Source of the DNA: Octopus sinensis
Taxonomy: Eukaryota
Direction: 5' to 3'
Length of the DNA: 64,000 nucleotides
Assembly: GCF_006345805.1 (NCBI RefSeq)
Contig: NC_043005.1
Location: 75,826,001-75,890,000, forward strand
Positions 38,291 through 51,900 of this stretch are shown one piece after another. The notes under the pieces are model-generated. The model was not told the origin of the DNA. It was given only the letters and a program-made list of their open reading frames with translations, and made no database searches. How positions within the stretch are numbered: the first letter of the stretch is position 1; each line of letters opens with the position of its first letter. Both the position numbers and the translations under genes were made by a program.

Positions 38291-38754
38291 AATTCACATA
38301 GCTGTCAGCAATTGGTGGTCTGGGAAAGAGTGATGGGTGTAACTGTGCAGTAAGAAGTTTCCTTCTCAATCACATGGTTTTGGGTTCAGTTCTATTGTGT
38401 GGTACCTTGAGCAAGTATTTTCTGCTGTAGCTCAAGATCAAGCAAAGTTTTGTGTATAAATTTTGTTGACAGAAACTGAAAGAAGCCTACCAATGAAACA
38501 ACCAAGCATGTGTCTACAGCATGTAGACACTCCTTTGTATGTGCGTGCACATCCAAAGATATAAAGCATGCTTATGTTGATACTACAGGTATAAAGTGTG
38601 TATATGTGGGTGTGTGTGTGTGTGCCAGCACTGGATTAACCCTTCAGGCAAAATAAGCACATGCTTAGGGTATCAAGGGACGAGGGCACCAAAGAAATGA
38701 AATGGTTTACGGTACTAAAGAAATCACTTTAAACTTGCTAAAATAATATTCATA

Positions 38755-39135
38755 ATGCCTTACCAAAAGCTGACCAGAAGAGAATTATGCATTCGAGCTT
38801 TGGAGTTGGAGAAGACTTTTACGGATTCCATGGACAGTGAGGCTCACCAATGGAGAAGTTCTTAAGCAGATAAAGCTGAAAACGTCGCTAGAAGCTTGGA
38901 TCACCAAGCATAGATTGGCATATATCGGTCATATTGTGCGGAGAAAATCCCTGGAGAAGGACATCATGCTCGGAATGGTCAGTGGCAAGAGAGGAAGAGG
39001 CCAACCAAGAACCCACTGGATTGATACCATCAAGAGTGATACCGGAATGGACATAGCCAATTTGAAAGAAGCGGCCCAGGATAGAACTGACTGGAGGACA
39101 CTGATCCAACAAGTGACCGAGAGTCGACTTCGACA
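38755..39135 (+). mobile_element. RTE-1/BovB-like LINE 3' fragment
   Basis: AFELWSWRRLLRIPWTVRLTNGEVL...LAYIGHIVRRKSLEKDIMLGMVSGKRGRGQPRTHWID...AQDRTDWR. Confidence 0.85.
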
Positions 39136-39236
39136 GCAGTTAGAGAGAGAGAATGCCTTATCTCTACTAAATATAGAAGCAGAAGTTTTATGTAAAATTA
39201 ACTTTAATGATATCATCGAACACTTTGCATGGGTTG

Positions 39237-39274
<38 letters not shown>

Positions 39275-39289
39275 AATATCTTTTATCAT

Positions 39290-39640
39290 TTACTTATTTC
39301 AGTCATTAGACTGTGGCCAGGCTGGGGCACTACATCAAAGAATTTTAGTTGAAGGAATCAACTTCAGCATTTAATGTTTTTTTTAAAGTCTGGTGCCTAT
39401 TCTATCGGTCTCTTTCACTGAAACACAATCAACACCAGTTGTAAAACAGTGGTGGGGGACCATCACATGCACACACACACACACACACGATAGGCTTCTT
39501 TCAGTTTCCATTTGCCAAATCCACTTTGGTTGGCCTGACGCTATAACATAATACACTTACTTGCCCAAGGTGCCACACGGTGGAACTGAACCAGGAACCA
39601 TGTGGTTGGGAAGCAAGCTTCTTTCAACACAGCCACAACT
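39290..39640 (-). mobile_element. SINE family S1
   Basis: Reverse complement of both S1 halves. Confidence 0.7.
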
Positions 39641-39801
39641 GTATACACACACACGTGCGTGCACACACACACACACACACAAACAAAATAATGAGTATGA
39701 TCATTACTTGTTAATGAGCTGTATGGCTTCTTTATTTTCATACACATAAAGAGAAATATTCTCACACACAATCAGAGTACAAATGAGTGAGTGAGCAAGC
39801 C

Positions 39802-39890
<89 letters not shown>

Positions 39891-40844
39891 ACGAGAAAAG
39901 CATTAAAATGTCTGATGTTAAATAAATCAGCGCATTGAATCAGCAACACCAAATAACTGGCACCACAATGGCTGTGCCAAAACATCTCACCAAATTAGAA
40001 GACACTTTTTTAGTGTGTTGCACAGTAGTAATGAACCTGGAACCACATGCTTGTGAAATAAAGTTCTTAAACCATACGTCCATACTGGTTTAAACAAACT
40101 GGCCTTCTAGGTCTCTCAGGTTTGTGTGAAACTATTGACTTATTAAGAAGTTATAGAAAATCCATTAGTTTTCTCAACAACCTGTTTTCTATCTCTAGTT
40201 TATTGTTCCAAACAACCTTAATAACAAAATGTAGTGTCTTGCTCATTAATTTGTCTTAGAGTCTTTGAAGAGAGTATTTATTTTCTTTTAAGATAATTTC
40301 ATGTGAAAAATTCAACAATAAGGAACAACGCAATGTATAATATTGATTAAGCAATTTGCTCATAATTGTGACACAAAAGCTACATTGATTGCAGTATTAA
40401 CCAGCTTAGCTCATAGGTCAGGTGTGTTTAAATTATCACAACCATTGAAGTAGTTGGTTTTTAAGGACATTATGGCTATTGCTGTAAACAGTTCTTTGAC
40501 ATAAAGATAGATAAATTATTGATTTTATTTTTTGATTTACAAGACACAGACATCTGGGTGTATAGGTGAAACTATGAATCTGATAATATATGGATCTAAG
40601 CATTTATAAAGAAATTATTTAGACAGAGGAAGGGAAGGAGAAGGACGAAGTGGAAGAGTTAACAACATCAATATTTACATGTTCTTCCATATTCGGTGTA
40701 ATGGATTTGGTCGTCTTTTAGTTTGAGATTGTTAGACGACTGTAATAAAAAGACATACACATACATATGAATGTGTGTTTGTGCATACATGTGTGTGTAT
40801 GTGTGTGTGTAGCCTTGGCATTATGTAATGGTTGTAAGGTGGTG

Positions 40845-41220
40845 AGCTGGCAGAATTGTTAGCACACAGGGTGAAATGCTTAGTGGCATTTCTCTCATCA
40901 CTACTTTCTGAGTTCAAATTTTGCTGAGGTTAACTTTGCCTTTCATCCTTTCGTGGTTCATAAATTAAGTACCAGTGAGACACTGGGGTCGATATAATTG
41001 ACTAGATCTTGCCCCACAAATTTCAGACATCTTAAGCATTTGGGCTGGTGCCACTTAAAAAGCACTCTCAGAGTGATTGGTGTTAAGAAGGGCATCAGGC
41101 TGTAGAAACCATGCCAAAACAAATGAGCCTGGTGCTGCTCTACAGCCAGCCAGCTCCTGTTGACCGACCAACCCATGCCAGCATGGAAAGCGGACATTAA
41201 ACAATGATGATTATGATGAT
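40845..41220 (+). mobile_element. S2 SINE followed by an RTE-UTR tail
   Basis: ggtgagctggcagaattgttagc...; ttggtgttaagaagggcatcaggctgtagaaacc...catgccagcatggaaagcggac. Confidence 0.7.
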
Positions 41221-41809
41221 GATAATGATTCATACACATTCACATTTTCTCTCTGTCCCTGTCTCTCTCTCTGTCTGTCTTATACACACTCACATGCACA
41301 TACTCTTTCTCTTTCATACACACTCACACACACATTCTTTCTCTCTATATTACTGTCTCATATAGACAGACACACACACATACTTACACCCACATACTCA
41401 CACACACACATACACACATGCGTGCACACATGTACACACATGCGTGCACACATGTACACACTCACACACCCACACACACACACATACACTTGTGTGCATA
41501 CATACATACACATACACGCACACCTGCATACTCTTACATACTCACACACATACACATACACACTTACATACTCACACACACATATACACATACACACACA
41601 CATGTACACATGGACGGACACACACAAATGGACACACACAGTGACACTTCTGTGCAAAGTTACACAAATATTACAATTTTTCATGAGATTAAAGTTTTAT
41701 GAAGGAAAGAGAGAGACGGAAAAAAACCCAAAACAAAACAAAACATTTAGTTTGGGAAATCAAGATCACTCTTGATTGATTAAATAGAAGTTTTTAGATG
41801 TTTAATAAC

Positions 41810-41817
41810 AATGCAAT

Positions 41818-41855
<38 letters not shown>

Positions 41856-41859
41856 CGAC

Positions 41860-41893
<34 letters not shown>

Positions 41894-41977
41894 TAATAAT
41901 AATAATAATAACAATAATAATAATAACAATAATAATAATAACAACAACAACAATAACAATAATGACAATAATAATAA

Positions 41978-42039
<62 letters not shown>

Positions 42040-42102
42040 GCAACAATAACAATAATGACAATAATAATAATAGTAGTAGTAGTAGTAGTAATAGTAGTAG
42101 TA

Positions 42103-42161
<59 letters not shown>

Positions 42162-42341
42162 TACGACAACCATAAATATAACAATACCATCCATAATAAT
42201 GATAATGATTTATAACAACAACAAGTAATAACAATAATAATTAAAATATTAATGATCATGATGATTATAAGAATGAAAATGATGATGATAGTAATGATGG
42301 TGATGATCATGATGATGATGATGATAATAATAATGATATTG

Positions 42342-42401
<60 letters not shown>

Positions 42402-42588
42402 GAATGATGACGGTGGAGTTAATGGTCAGGATGGTGTTTGTGAATATGACATTTATTGTCATAGTAGTGGCGATGATAAAGATGAGGACAGTCAGAAAGT
42501 AGATGGCAGCAGTGAGGATAGTGATGATAATGATTGTGTGACAGTGATGTTAGTTTAAAAGTTCTGGTCGATAGTGATGATGATGATA

Positions 42589-42624
<36 letters not shown>

Positions 42625-43010
42625 ATGATGATGAGATTGTTACCTGTTTTGATGATTACGATGATAATGATAATGAAGATGAGGTGGAGAGTGATGGATA
42701 GTTATGGAAGAATATGAAAATGATGATGATGATGATGATGGTGACGATGATGATGACAATGATGATGACGATGCTGACAACAACGATGATGACGGTGATT
42801 GTGATGATGACAAAGACAACAATAATTATGATGATGATGATGAGGAGGAGGACGAGGACGAGGAGGAGGAAGAGGAAGAGAAAAAAGAAGAGGTCGGCGG
42901 CGACAATAATGTTGATGATGATGATGATGACAATAGCAATAATGACAGCAAAGACAACATCGGTGATGATGATGTTAATGATGATGATGATGATGATGAC
43001 GTTCATGATA
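41810..43010. repeat. compound (AAC)/(AAT)/(AGT)/(GAT) microsatellite field
   Basis: Directly visible. Confidence 0.9.
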
Positions 43011-43227
43011 GTAGTGGGGTGGGAGTGGTGAGGATGGGTGGTGAGGATTTTGTATGTGTGTGTGTATGTGTGTGTGTGGGGGGGATGCTTGAGTAATATT
43101 TTCAAAAACGACATACAGTGATTGTAATACATCAAATTCTAACATTGTTCCCTTTAAATACCTCATAAATATTCATTTCTAAGAAATTACCAAAAAGTTA
43201 CATTGTTCATATCTCTTTTATTCACAG

Positions 43228-43358
43228 GACAGAATATTCTTCGTCGAAAAGAAAAAATTTGGAAAATTTATTTCATGTATTATGTTCTTCTATAGAAATA
43301 TTTATTCCACATTTGACGAAAACCATTTTTCTTTTGTCTGAATTCCCATTAAATAACT
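43228..43358 (+). CDS. RGS9BP: RGS9-binding protein (R9AP)-like, coding exon B
   Basis: Acceptor ctcttttattcacag|, consensus donor t|gtaagt. Phase 2 in and phase 1 out, fitting exons A and C. Encodes (R)TEYSSSKRKNLENLFHVLCSSIEIFIPHLTKTIFLLSEFPLNN, aligning to the R9AP FERLW...FPL segment. Confidence 0.85.
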
Positions 43359-43738
43359 GTAAGTATTCATTTTCAATCAAAGTTTTATTTTTTCTTCTGT
43401 TCTTGTTATTTTTGGTGATAGGTGGCTACAAGCAAGCTTGCTGTTGATGTTCGTGATATCATAACTTCATTGACATCATAATAACCATGCTTGATAATAC
43501 ATACATAAACACACACACACACACACGCGCGCGCATATTTACATTATATAATATATGTATGTATAACCTAAAGTTGAACTGTGGGAATGAGTGCTCGACA
43601 CCACATTGCTGGATAAATAGTTTTGATTTGTGGGTTAACAAGGCTGCCATTGGTTTCATGCTGTGAGAAAATTTCTTGCCACATGGGTCGTTGGTACTCA
43701 TCTCCATCTTCAGTGAGAATATATATGTGTGTGTATGC

Positions 43739-43773
<35 letters not shown>

Positions 43774-44016
43774 TATATATATATATATCAGTGTGCACAC
43801 TAACATGGACCATTTCCCAGCACCTACACCATCATCCACACACCTACACATGCACACAGACACATCAATGTCACCAGCTCCCTTCCACATGCACATACAT
43901 GTTCTTACATGCAACACATGCACGTGCACCTTTGCTTTGGGATCACCACTACTTTATTATCTCCCTTTCTTTCTAGCCCTCCTGTGTGAGCCCTCTGTCC
44001 AGCATTTGCCATGATA

Positions 44017-44399
44017 GATCACTAGCCACTAAACCTTTTTATATTTTCTCTCCCTGTTTATTTCTTTGTTCCTTTCTGTTGAAGAGCATAGGCTCGAAAT
44101 GTAAAAAACTTCCTCACTTCCTGAGTGTTAAACTAATACATCTGTTTGTTGTTTACACACCCATCTTCATATTTTATTTTTTTTGTAAATTTTCACTATA
44201 TATATAGTTGGAATTTACAAAAAAAGACAAAACAAAAGACGAAGACAAGTATGTAAACAACAAACAGATGTATTAGTTTAATGCTTGGGAAGTGAGAAAG
44301 TCTTTTACATTTCGAGCTTATGCTCTTCAACAGAAAGGAACACAGAAATAAACAGAGAGAGAGAGAGAGAAAATGTAAAGGGTTTAGTGGCTAGAGATC
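44017..44399. repeat. about 383-bp imperfect palindrome centred on ctatatatatag, each arm carrying a hammerhead-like motif
   Basis: gatcactagccactaaacc (44017) versus ggtttagtggctagagatc (to 44399). Centre at 44196-44207. Confidence 0.9.
44072..44107 (+). ncRNA. hammerhead-like motif, A6U core variant
   Basis: CUUU-CUGUUGA-A-GAGC AUAG GCUC-GAAA-UG-UA-AAAA. Sister copies at 44302-44337 (-) and 56081-56116 (-). Confidence 0.5.
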
Positions 44400-44705
44400 A
44401 ATAATTGCTTTTTTGTTCTTTTGTCTTTGTTGTCATACCCATTTGCTTGCTTTCACCTAAAATATTTAATGCTCTTAGCTTAGATTTTTGGGGCCAGCCA
44501 GATTTGAACAACCTCAAGTGTAACTGGCTGAAACTGTAAGAATGATTTGGAAACTTCACTGATGAGAGAAGGCCATGAATGGCCAGTCCTTGTTTTTTCC
44601 TGTCCATCTTTATATCATGTATCTGTTCGGATGTTTTATTGTTGTTTGTTGCATTCTTGTTCCATTTTGGGGATTTTTACATACATACATACACATTTAC
44701 ATATG

Positions 44706-44759
<54 letters not shown>

Positions 44760-45100
44760 ACATGTGACTTCATTGACCGAGGTTACCGTGGTCTTTTCCG
44801 TAGGCTTTTCTTTCCACGGGTAAACCTCACCTGTCCTCCCCTTTACACTTCATATTGACATTTCTGTGATAACGATCCCTATTGATCATTTTTTTCCTCT
44901 CCCCCTTTTTTTTTAACCCCCCCTTTTTTTGTCCTCTTTCTCTCCTTTTACGATCCCTTTTGATCGACCCCCCCTTTTTTATTTTATTTTATTTTTTATT
45001 TTAATATTTTTTTTTTTTTTTAAACCTTCAAAAGAAAAGCTCTACCTTGTAATTTGTTCTATCTGTGTGCAGCCCTGTGTGGCTAATAAAGAAACATATC

Positions 45101-45131
<31 letters not shown>

Positions 45132-45174
45132 GTATATGCTTGTGTGTGTGTGTACATACATATGTATATATATA

Positions 45175-45372
45175 TGAGGGGTTGCTTTAAGGGTAGTGTG
45201 AAAGGCCTGGTTGGAGGCCCAGCCTCACGAGTCTTTTTACTGGGCTTAGAAAAACTGAAGTTTTCAACAAGTGTGTGAATCTGAGAGGGGAATATGTTGA
45301 AGGAAATCATAATTAACTGATCCTCCTGTATTTTCTTTTACTTGAAGACAAGAACTTTTCAGCACCCTCTTG
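45175..45372 (+). mobile_element. degenerate mariner-derived MITE
   Basis: TA-gaggggttgct... / aacttttcagcaccctcttg-TA termini. Internal KCVNLRGEYVE resembles a mariner transposase C-terminus. Confidence 0.55.
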
Positions 45373-45668
45373 TATTGTATGTATATAAACACACACATGC
45401 ACACACACGCACACAGACACATATACTCACACACACATATATGTCATCATCATCACCATCATCATTACCATCATTGATTAACATCTGTTTTCCCATGTTG
45501 GCATGAGTTGGATGGTTTTGACAGGATCCACTGAGGCGTAAGGCTGTATTGTGCTCTGTGCTAGCTTTGGCATGGGTTCAGTGGTTGAATGCCTCTCCTA
45601 ATGTCAACCACTTTACAGTGTACTTTTCATGCCATCAGAACTTGAGGGGCTGCCAAATAACTTGTAAG

Positions 45669-45716
<48 letters not shown>

Positions 45717-45833
45717 GCATGTGTGTGTGTTTATGTATGTGTGCATATACATATAGATGCATATGTATGATACCTACACACACACACACATATATATGTA
45801 TATATATATTTGTATATATAATATGTGTATATG

Positions 45834-45864
<31 letters not shown>

Positions 45865-45873
45865 ATATATATA

Positions 45874-45904
<31 letters not shown>

Positions 45905-46051
45905 GTATACGTATTTCGACACCACTACAAATGCACAGCTCATGAACGGCTAAAAGTTAAGATTTCTTCTTTCAACCTCGCTCCTACTACCCTCTGCACG
46001 TATAATCACTATTCCTTCAGTTCCTTCAATTTCTCTCTCATATTTTCCTTC

Positions 46052-46535
46052 AAATTGACTTCTCTGATACTTTCAAACCTACTTTCTTGCTATCACGATT
46101 TTTCAGTACCCTCTATTCATATTTTCTTTCAGTTTTCAACATACCATTCATGTAATGTTTTTCGTTTAGCCTTGTCTCGTCTCCCTATTTGCTCCCATTT
46201 CATAGCCACTCATCGTCTCCCCTAAAAATTGACTTCTCTGATACTTTCAAACCTACTTTCTTGCTCTCACGATTTTCAGTACCCTCTATTCATATTTTCT
46301 TTCAGTTTTCAACATACCATTCATGTAATGTTTTTCGTTTAGCCTTGTCTCGTCTCCTATTTGCTCCCATTTCATAGCCACTCATCGTCTCCCCTAAAAA
46401 TGACTTCTCTGATACTTTCAACCTACTTTCTTGCTCTCACGATTTTCAGTACCCTCTATTCATATTTTCTTTCAGTTTTCAACATACCATTCATGTAATG
46501 TTTTTCGTTTAGCCTTGTCTCGTCTCCCTATTTGC
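46052..46535. repeat. about 2.8 tandem copies of an about 173-bp unit
   Basis: aaattgacttctctgatactttc... starts at 46052, 46226 and about 46397 with near identity. Confidence 0.95.
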
Positions 46536-46650
46536 ACCCATCCACCCACCCGCCCACCCACCCCTCCACCCACCCACCACCCCTCCACCCACCCCTCCAC
46601 CCACCCCTCCACCCACCCACCCACCCCTCCACCCACACCCACCCACCCCT

Positions 46651-48815
46651 GCAGGAAGCTGCAGGAGAAATACCTAGCCAAAGATAAGGCCCTGTACCTG
46701 GCTTTTGTTGACATGGAGAAAGCCTTCGACAGGGTCTCCCGATCCCTCATATGGTGGTCAATGAGGAAACTAGGAATAGAAGAATGGTTAGTGAGAGCTG
46801 TGCAAGCCATGTACAGGGACGCTGCTAGTAAGGTGAGGGTTGGAAATGAGTACAGTGAAGAATTCCGGGTAGAGGTAGGGGTCCACCAAGGCTCAGTCCT
46901 TAGCCCCCTCTTATTTATCATAGTCCTCCAGGCATAACGGAGGAATTCAAGACAGGATGCCCCTGGGAGCTCCTCTATGCTGATGACCTTGCTCTAATTG
47001 CTGAGTCATTATCAGAACTGGAGAAGAAGTTTCAGGTGTGGAAGCATGGTTTAGAATCGAAGGGCCTTAGAGTCAACCTAGCTAAAACCAAAGTCCTAAT
47101 AAGTAGGAGGTAGACAAATCACAAACGCCTTCAGGTAGATGGCCCTGCTCGATCTGTAGAAAAGGTGTAGGTAGAAACTCTATAAGATGCACCAAGTGTA
47201 AGCTATGGACACATAAGAGGTGCAGCAATGTCATAGGAAGGCTAACTAGGAAGATGGTTTTTGTATGTGGCAGATGCTCGGGAGCATTAACCTCTGAAAA
47301 TCTGCAGAAAACAACTTCCGTCACTTTCCAGGGGGAAAAACTAGAAGTGGTTGATAGCTTCCGTTATCTTGGTGACAAGTCAGTAGTGGGGGTGGGTGTG
47401 CTGAAAGTGTAACGGCTAGAGTAAGAATAGCCTGGGCAAAGTTTAGGGAGCTCTTACCTCTGTTGGTGACTAAAGGCCTCTCGCTCAGAGTAAAAGGCAG
47501 ACTGTATGATGCATGTGTACGAACAGCCATGCTACATGGCAGTGAAACATGGGCCGTGACTGCTGAGGACATGCGTAAGCTCGCGAGAAATGAAGCTAGT
47601 ATGCTCCGTTGGATGTGTAATGTCAGTGTTCATAGTCGACAGAGTGTAAGTACCTTGAGAGAAAAGTTGGACCTAAGAGGAATCAGATGTTGTGTGCAAG
47701 AGAGACAATTGCGCTGGTATGGTCATGTGGTGAGAATGGATGAAGATAGTGTGTGAAAAAGTGCCACACCCTGGCATTGAGGGGACCTGTGGAAGAGGTA
47801 GACCCAGGAAAACCTGGGTCGAGGTGGTGAAGCACGACCTTCGAACTCTAGGTCTCACCAAGGAAATGACCAGAGACCGAGACCTATGGAAGTATGCTTG
47901 CGTGAGAAGACCCGGCAAGACCAGTGAGAACAATCAAAATCAAATCATATATCAGAAAGCAGGGGTTAAGTGACCCATCTGTTCGTGTCCGCTGTCAGCC
48001 TCGTGCTGGCCCCCGTGCCGGTGTTACGTAAAAGCACCATTCGCTCATGGCCGTTTGCCAGCTCTGCCTGGCCCCGTGTCGGTGGCACGTAAAAGCACCA
48101 TCCGTTCGTGTTCGTTGCCAGGCTCGCCTGGCCCCGTGCCGGTGACACGTAAAAGCACCGTCCGTTCGTGGCCGTTGGCCAGCTCTGTCTGGCCCCGTGT
48201 CGGTGGCACGTAAAAGCACCATCCGTTCGTGGCCGTTTGCCAGCTCTGTCTGGCCCCGTGTCGGTGGCACGTAAAAGCACCATCCGTCCGTGTCCGTTGC
48301 CAGCCTCGGCTGGCCCCCGTGCCGGTGACACGTAAAAGCACCGTCCGCTCGTGGCCGTTTGCCAGCTCTGTCTGGCAACTGTGTCGGTGGCACGTAAAAG
48401 CACCATCTGTTCGCGTCCGTTGCCAGCCTCGGCTGGCCCCCGTGCCGGTGACACGTAAAAGCACCATCCGTTCGTGGCCGTTTGCCAGCTCTGTCTGGCC
48501 CCGTGTCGGTGGCACGTAAAAGCACCATCCGTTCGTGTCCGTTGCCAGCCTCGCCTGGCCCCCGTGCCAGTGACACGTAAAAGCACCATCCGTTTGTGGC
48601 CGTTCGCCAGCTCTGTCTGGCACCTGTGCAGGTGGCACGTAAAAAACACCCACTACACTCGCGGAGTGGTTGGCGTTAGGAAGGGCATCCAGCCGTAGAA
48701 CAACTGCCAGATCTGACTGGGCCTGACGAAGCCTTCCAGCTTCACAGACCCCAGTTGACCGTCCAACCCATGCTAGCATGGAAAACGGACGCTAAACGAT
48801 GATGATGATGATGAT
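46651..48815 (+). mobile_element. 5'-truncated RTE-clade LINE with an expanded 3'-UTR array and (GAT)n tail
   Basis: LAFVDMEKAFDRV, GVHQGSVLSPLLF, ELLYADDLAL, VNLAKTKVL, AMLHGSETW, LRWYGHV, GRGRPRKTW. Frameshifted. Followed by 61-bp modules and the common tail. Confidence 0.92.
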
Positions 48816-48816
48816 G

Positions 48817-48861
<45 letters not shown>

Positions 48862-49224
48862 TCCAAGAAAGTTAGAGGTTGTGATTCCAACCCACCAAGG
48901 GATAATATCTATCCAATATACTGCTGGTAGAATACCCAATTAATAATACACAAGTGTTTTTTATTGCATTGCAATTACATTACCTAGTGTACTAAATGGG
49001 TGAAGGTAAAGAGATATTTTACCATTAATTTATATAGCAATAAGAAAATGGAGGAGATCAATAGGTGGTTCATCAACTTTTAATCATTATATTATGTTAA
49101 CTTAATTATTTATTTACTAAACTGATAATTACAATAATATACATACATATAACATATTATTCTTTACATATAAGATATGATATAAAACATAATATATATA
49201 TATATATATATGATTGATTGATTG

Positions 49225-49514
49225 ATTCTAGTTTCAGCTCACGAGCTGTGGCCATGCTGGGGCACTGCCATTTATATATACATTCTTTTCTTTACTTTTA
49301 CTTTTTCAGTCATTTGACTGTGGCCATGCTGGAGCACCACCTTTTAGTCGAGCAAAACTACCCCATGACTTAGTTTTTGTAAGCCTAGTACTTATTTTAT
49401 TGGTCTCTTTTGCCAAACTGCTAAGTTACAGGAACATAAACACACCAGTATCAGTTGTCAAGCGATGTTGGCAGGGGGATAGACACAGACACACAAACAT
49501 ACATATGCATACAT

Positions 49515-49555
<41 letters not shown>

Positions 49556-49715
49556 GCAATAAAAATTTATATATAAAGAACGTGAAATATACGAAGGGAC
49601 GAACAATATACATATACATATATACAACGGGTTTCTTTCAGTTTCTGTCTACCAAATTCACTCACAAGGCTTTGGTTGGTCAGAGGCCATAGTAGAAAAC
49701 ACTTGCCCTATATAT
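49225..49715 (-). mobile_element. SINE family S1 (fragmented)
   Basis: Reverse complement S1 tail and head pieces separated by microsatellite. Confidence 0.65.
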
Positions 49716-49767
49716 GTGCATATATGTGTGTGCGCGTGTGTGTATATATATATATATATACATATGC

Positions 49768-49798
<31 letters not shown>

Positions 49799-49836
49799 CA
49801 TACATACATACATACATACATACATACATGCATACA

Positions 49837-49872
<36 letters not shown>

Positions 49873-50014
49873 CTTACTTATAGTAGCCCTTAACTATAAT
49901 TATATTAAAAAATTAATGTTACCTATACAGTCATTATCAAGTGCTAGGCCAGTGATATAATCATCTTTATGATTGTATCCTTATCTTATAAATATATATA
50001 TATGTATATAATCT

Positions 50015-50415
50015 TTTACTTCTTTCAGTCATTTGACTGAGGCCATGCTGGGGCACCATCTTGAAGGGTTTTTAATTAAACAAATTGACTTCAGGATTTA
50101 TTTGTTAAGCCTAGTACTAATTCTGTCAGCCACTTTGCCAAACCTCTAAGTTATGGGGATGTAAATATGCCAACACTGGTTGTCAAGTGGTGATGGGGGA
50201 CAAACACAGACAGAAAGACCCTCCCCACATATATATATTACACACACACACACACATACTTGATGGTCTTCTTTCAGCTTCCATCTACCAAATCCATTTA
50301 CAAGGTTTCGGTTGGCCTTAGGCTGTAGCAGGAGACACTTGCCTAAGTTGCTATGCAGTGGGACTGAACCTAGAACCATGTGGTTGGGAAGCAAGCATTT
50401 TACCACTCAGCTATG
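50015..50415 (-). mobile_element. SINE family S1
   Basis: Reverse complement of both halves. Confidence 0.7.
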
Positions 50416-50589
50416 TGTTTCTGTGTGAAGATCTATGTATGTATGTATGTATGTATGTATGTATGTATGTATGTATGTATGTATGTATCTACCTATCTAT
50501 CAATCTATGTAGCTATCAGCCTGTCTGTCTCTTCTGCATATCTATCTACCTATATATCCATATATACTATCTGAATGTGATTGATGCCA

Positions 50590-50860
50590 GGACTGCCTGA
50601 CAGGCCACCGTGCTGGTGGCACATAAAAAGCACTATCCAAACTTGATCAATGCCAGGCCTGCCTGACTGGCTCCTGTACTGGTGGCATGTAAAAAGCACC
50701 CACTACACTCTTGGAGTGGTTGGCATTAGGAAGGGCATCCAGATGTAGAAACATTGCCAGATCAGATTGGATTCTGGTGCAGCCACTGGTTCTCCAGTTC
50801 TCAGTCAAACTGTCAAACCCATGCCAGCATGAAAAACGGACATTAATCGATGATGATGAG
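50590..50860 (+). mobile_element. RTE 3'-UTR-derived repeat
   Basis: Modules plus tail. Confidence 0.7.
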
Positions 50861-51659
50861 GAGGATATATATATATATATGTATGGGTCTTTCTTAAAAT
50901 GGAAAATATGATTCTAATCTTAACTGTAATCCTTTTGATACAGTCACATATGAGACTGCTTACATTTCTATCATACAAAAACAACTTACTGGAGATTCCT
51001 CTTTGCTCTCTAATACGCATTTCAATTTTGATACTTAAATTATCTTAGAAACCTATAATACTATAATGCTATGCCTAGCACACAGTGTTACAAGAGTAGA
51101 TATTCTACTGTTATCCAATACATTAGATTTTTAAAATGTCATTTTATATAAAATATATTGATCTCCACTTCCTCCTCTGTATCATGGCTTATGAACAGAA
51201 GAAGTCCTGTGGTGGATCTTGGCTGGTCCAATCATAGCTGTGTGGTTAAGACACTTGCTTTGCAACCATGTGGTTTTATGTTCAGTTTCTCTCTGTGGCA
51301 CTTTGGGCAAATGTCTTCTACTATAGCCCCAGGCCAACCGATGCCTTGTGAGTAAACATATTTGATAGAAATTGTGTGGAAGCCTGCCACAGATACATAA
51401 ATATATAATAATATATATATAATAATATATATAATAATATAAATATATATAATAATAAATATATAATATATAATAATATAAATAATATATAAATATATAT
51501 GCATACATTCACATATATATATGTGCATACATATATTTGTATATACATGCATATATGGGCACAGGACACCACAGAATTTAAACATCATAAAATATGAAAA
51601 CAACATGAAATATGAAATATAACATAAATAAAATTTTGGATTTTGTAGAGGGTCAAAGT

Positions 51660-51900
51660 TCATCATCATCATCATCATCATCGTCCGCTTTCCATGCTAG
51701 CATGGGTTGGACGGTTCAACTGGGGTCTGGGAAGCCCGAAGGCTGCACCAGGCCAGTCAGATCTGGCAGTGTTTCTACAGCTGGATGCCCTTCCTAATGT
51801 CAACCACTCCGTGAGTGTAGTGGGTGCTTTTTTATGTGCCACCGACACAGGTGCCAGACGAGGCTGGCGAACGGCCATGCTCGGATGGTGCTTTTATGTG
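51660..51900 (-). mobile_element. RTE 3'-UTR-derived repeat
   Basis: Nearly identical to the reverse complement of 17250-17450. Confidence 0.75.

Noticed and set aside
44760-45100. Possible LINE 3'-UTR remnant ending in aataaagaaa-(TA)n
   Set aside because: No coding motif or second copy in the window supports a family call.
47966-48779. CRISPR-like array or repeat-protein ORFs (193-244 aa)
   Set aside because: The units are contiguous about 61-bp tandem modules without unique spacers, in eukaryotic context with no cas genes. The ORFs are by-products of a GC-rich repeat.
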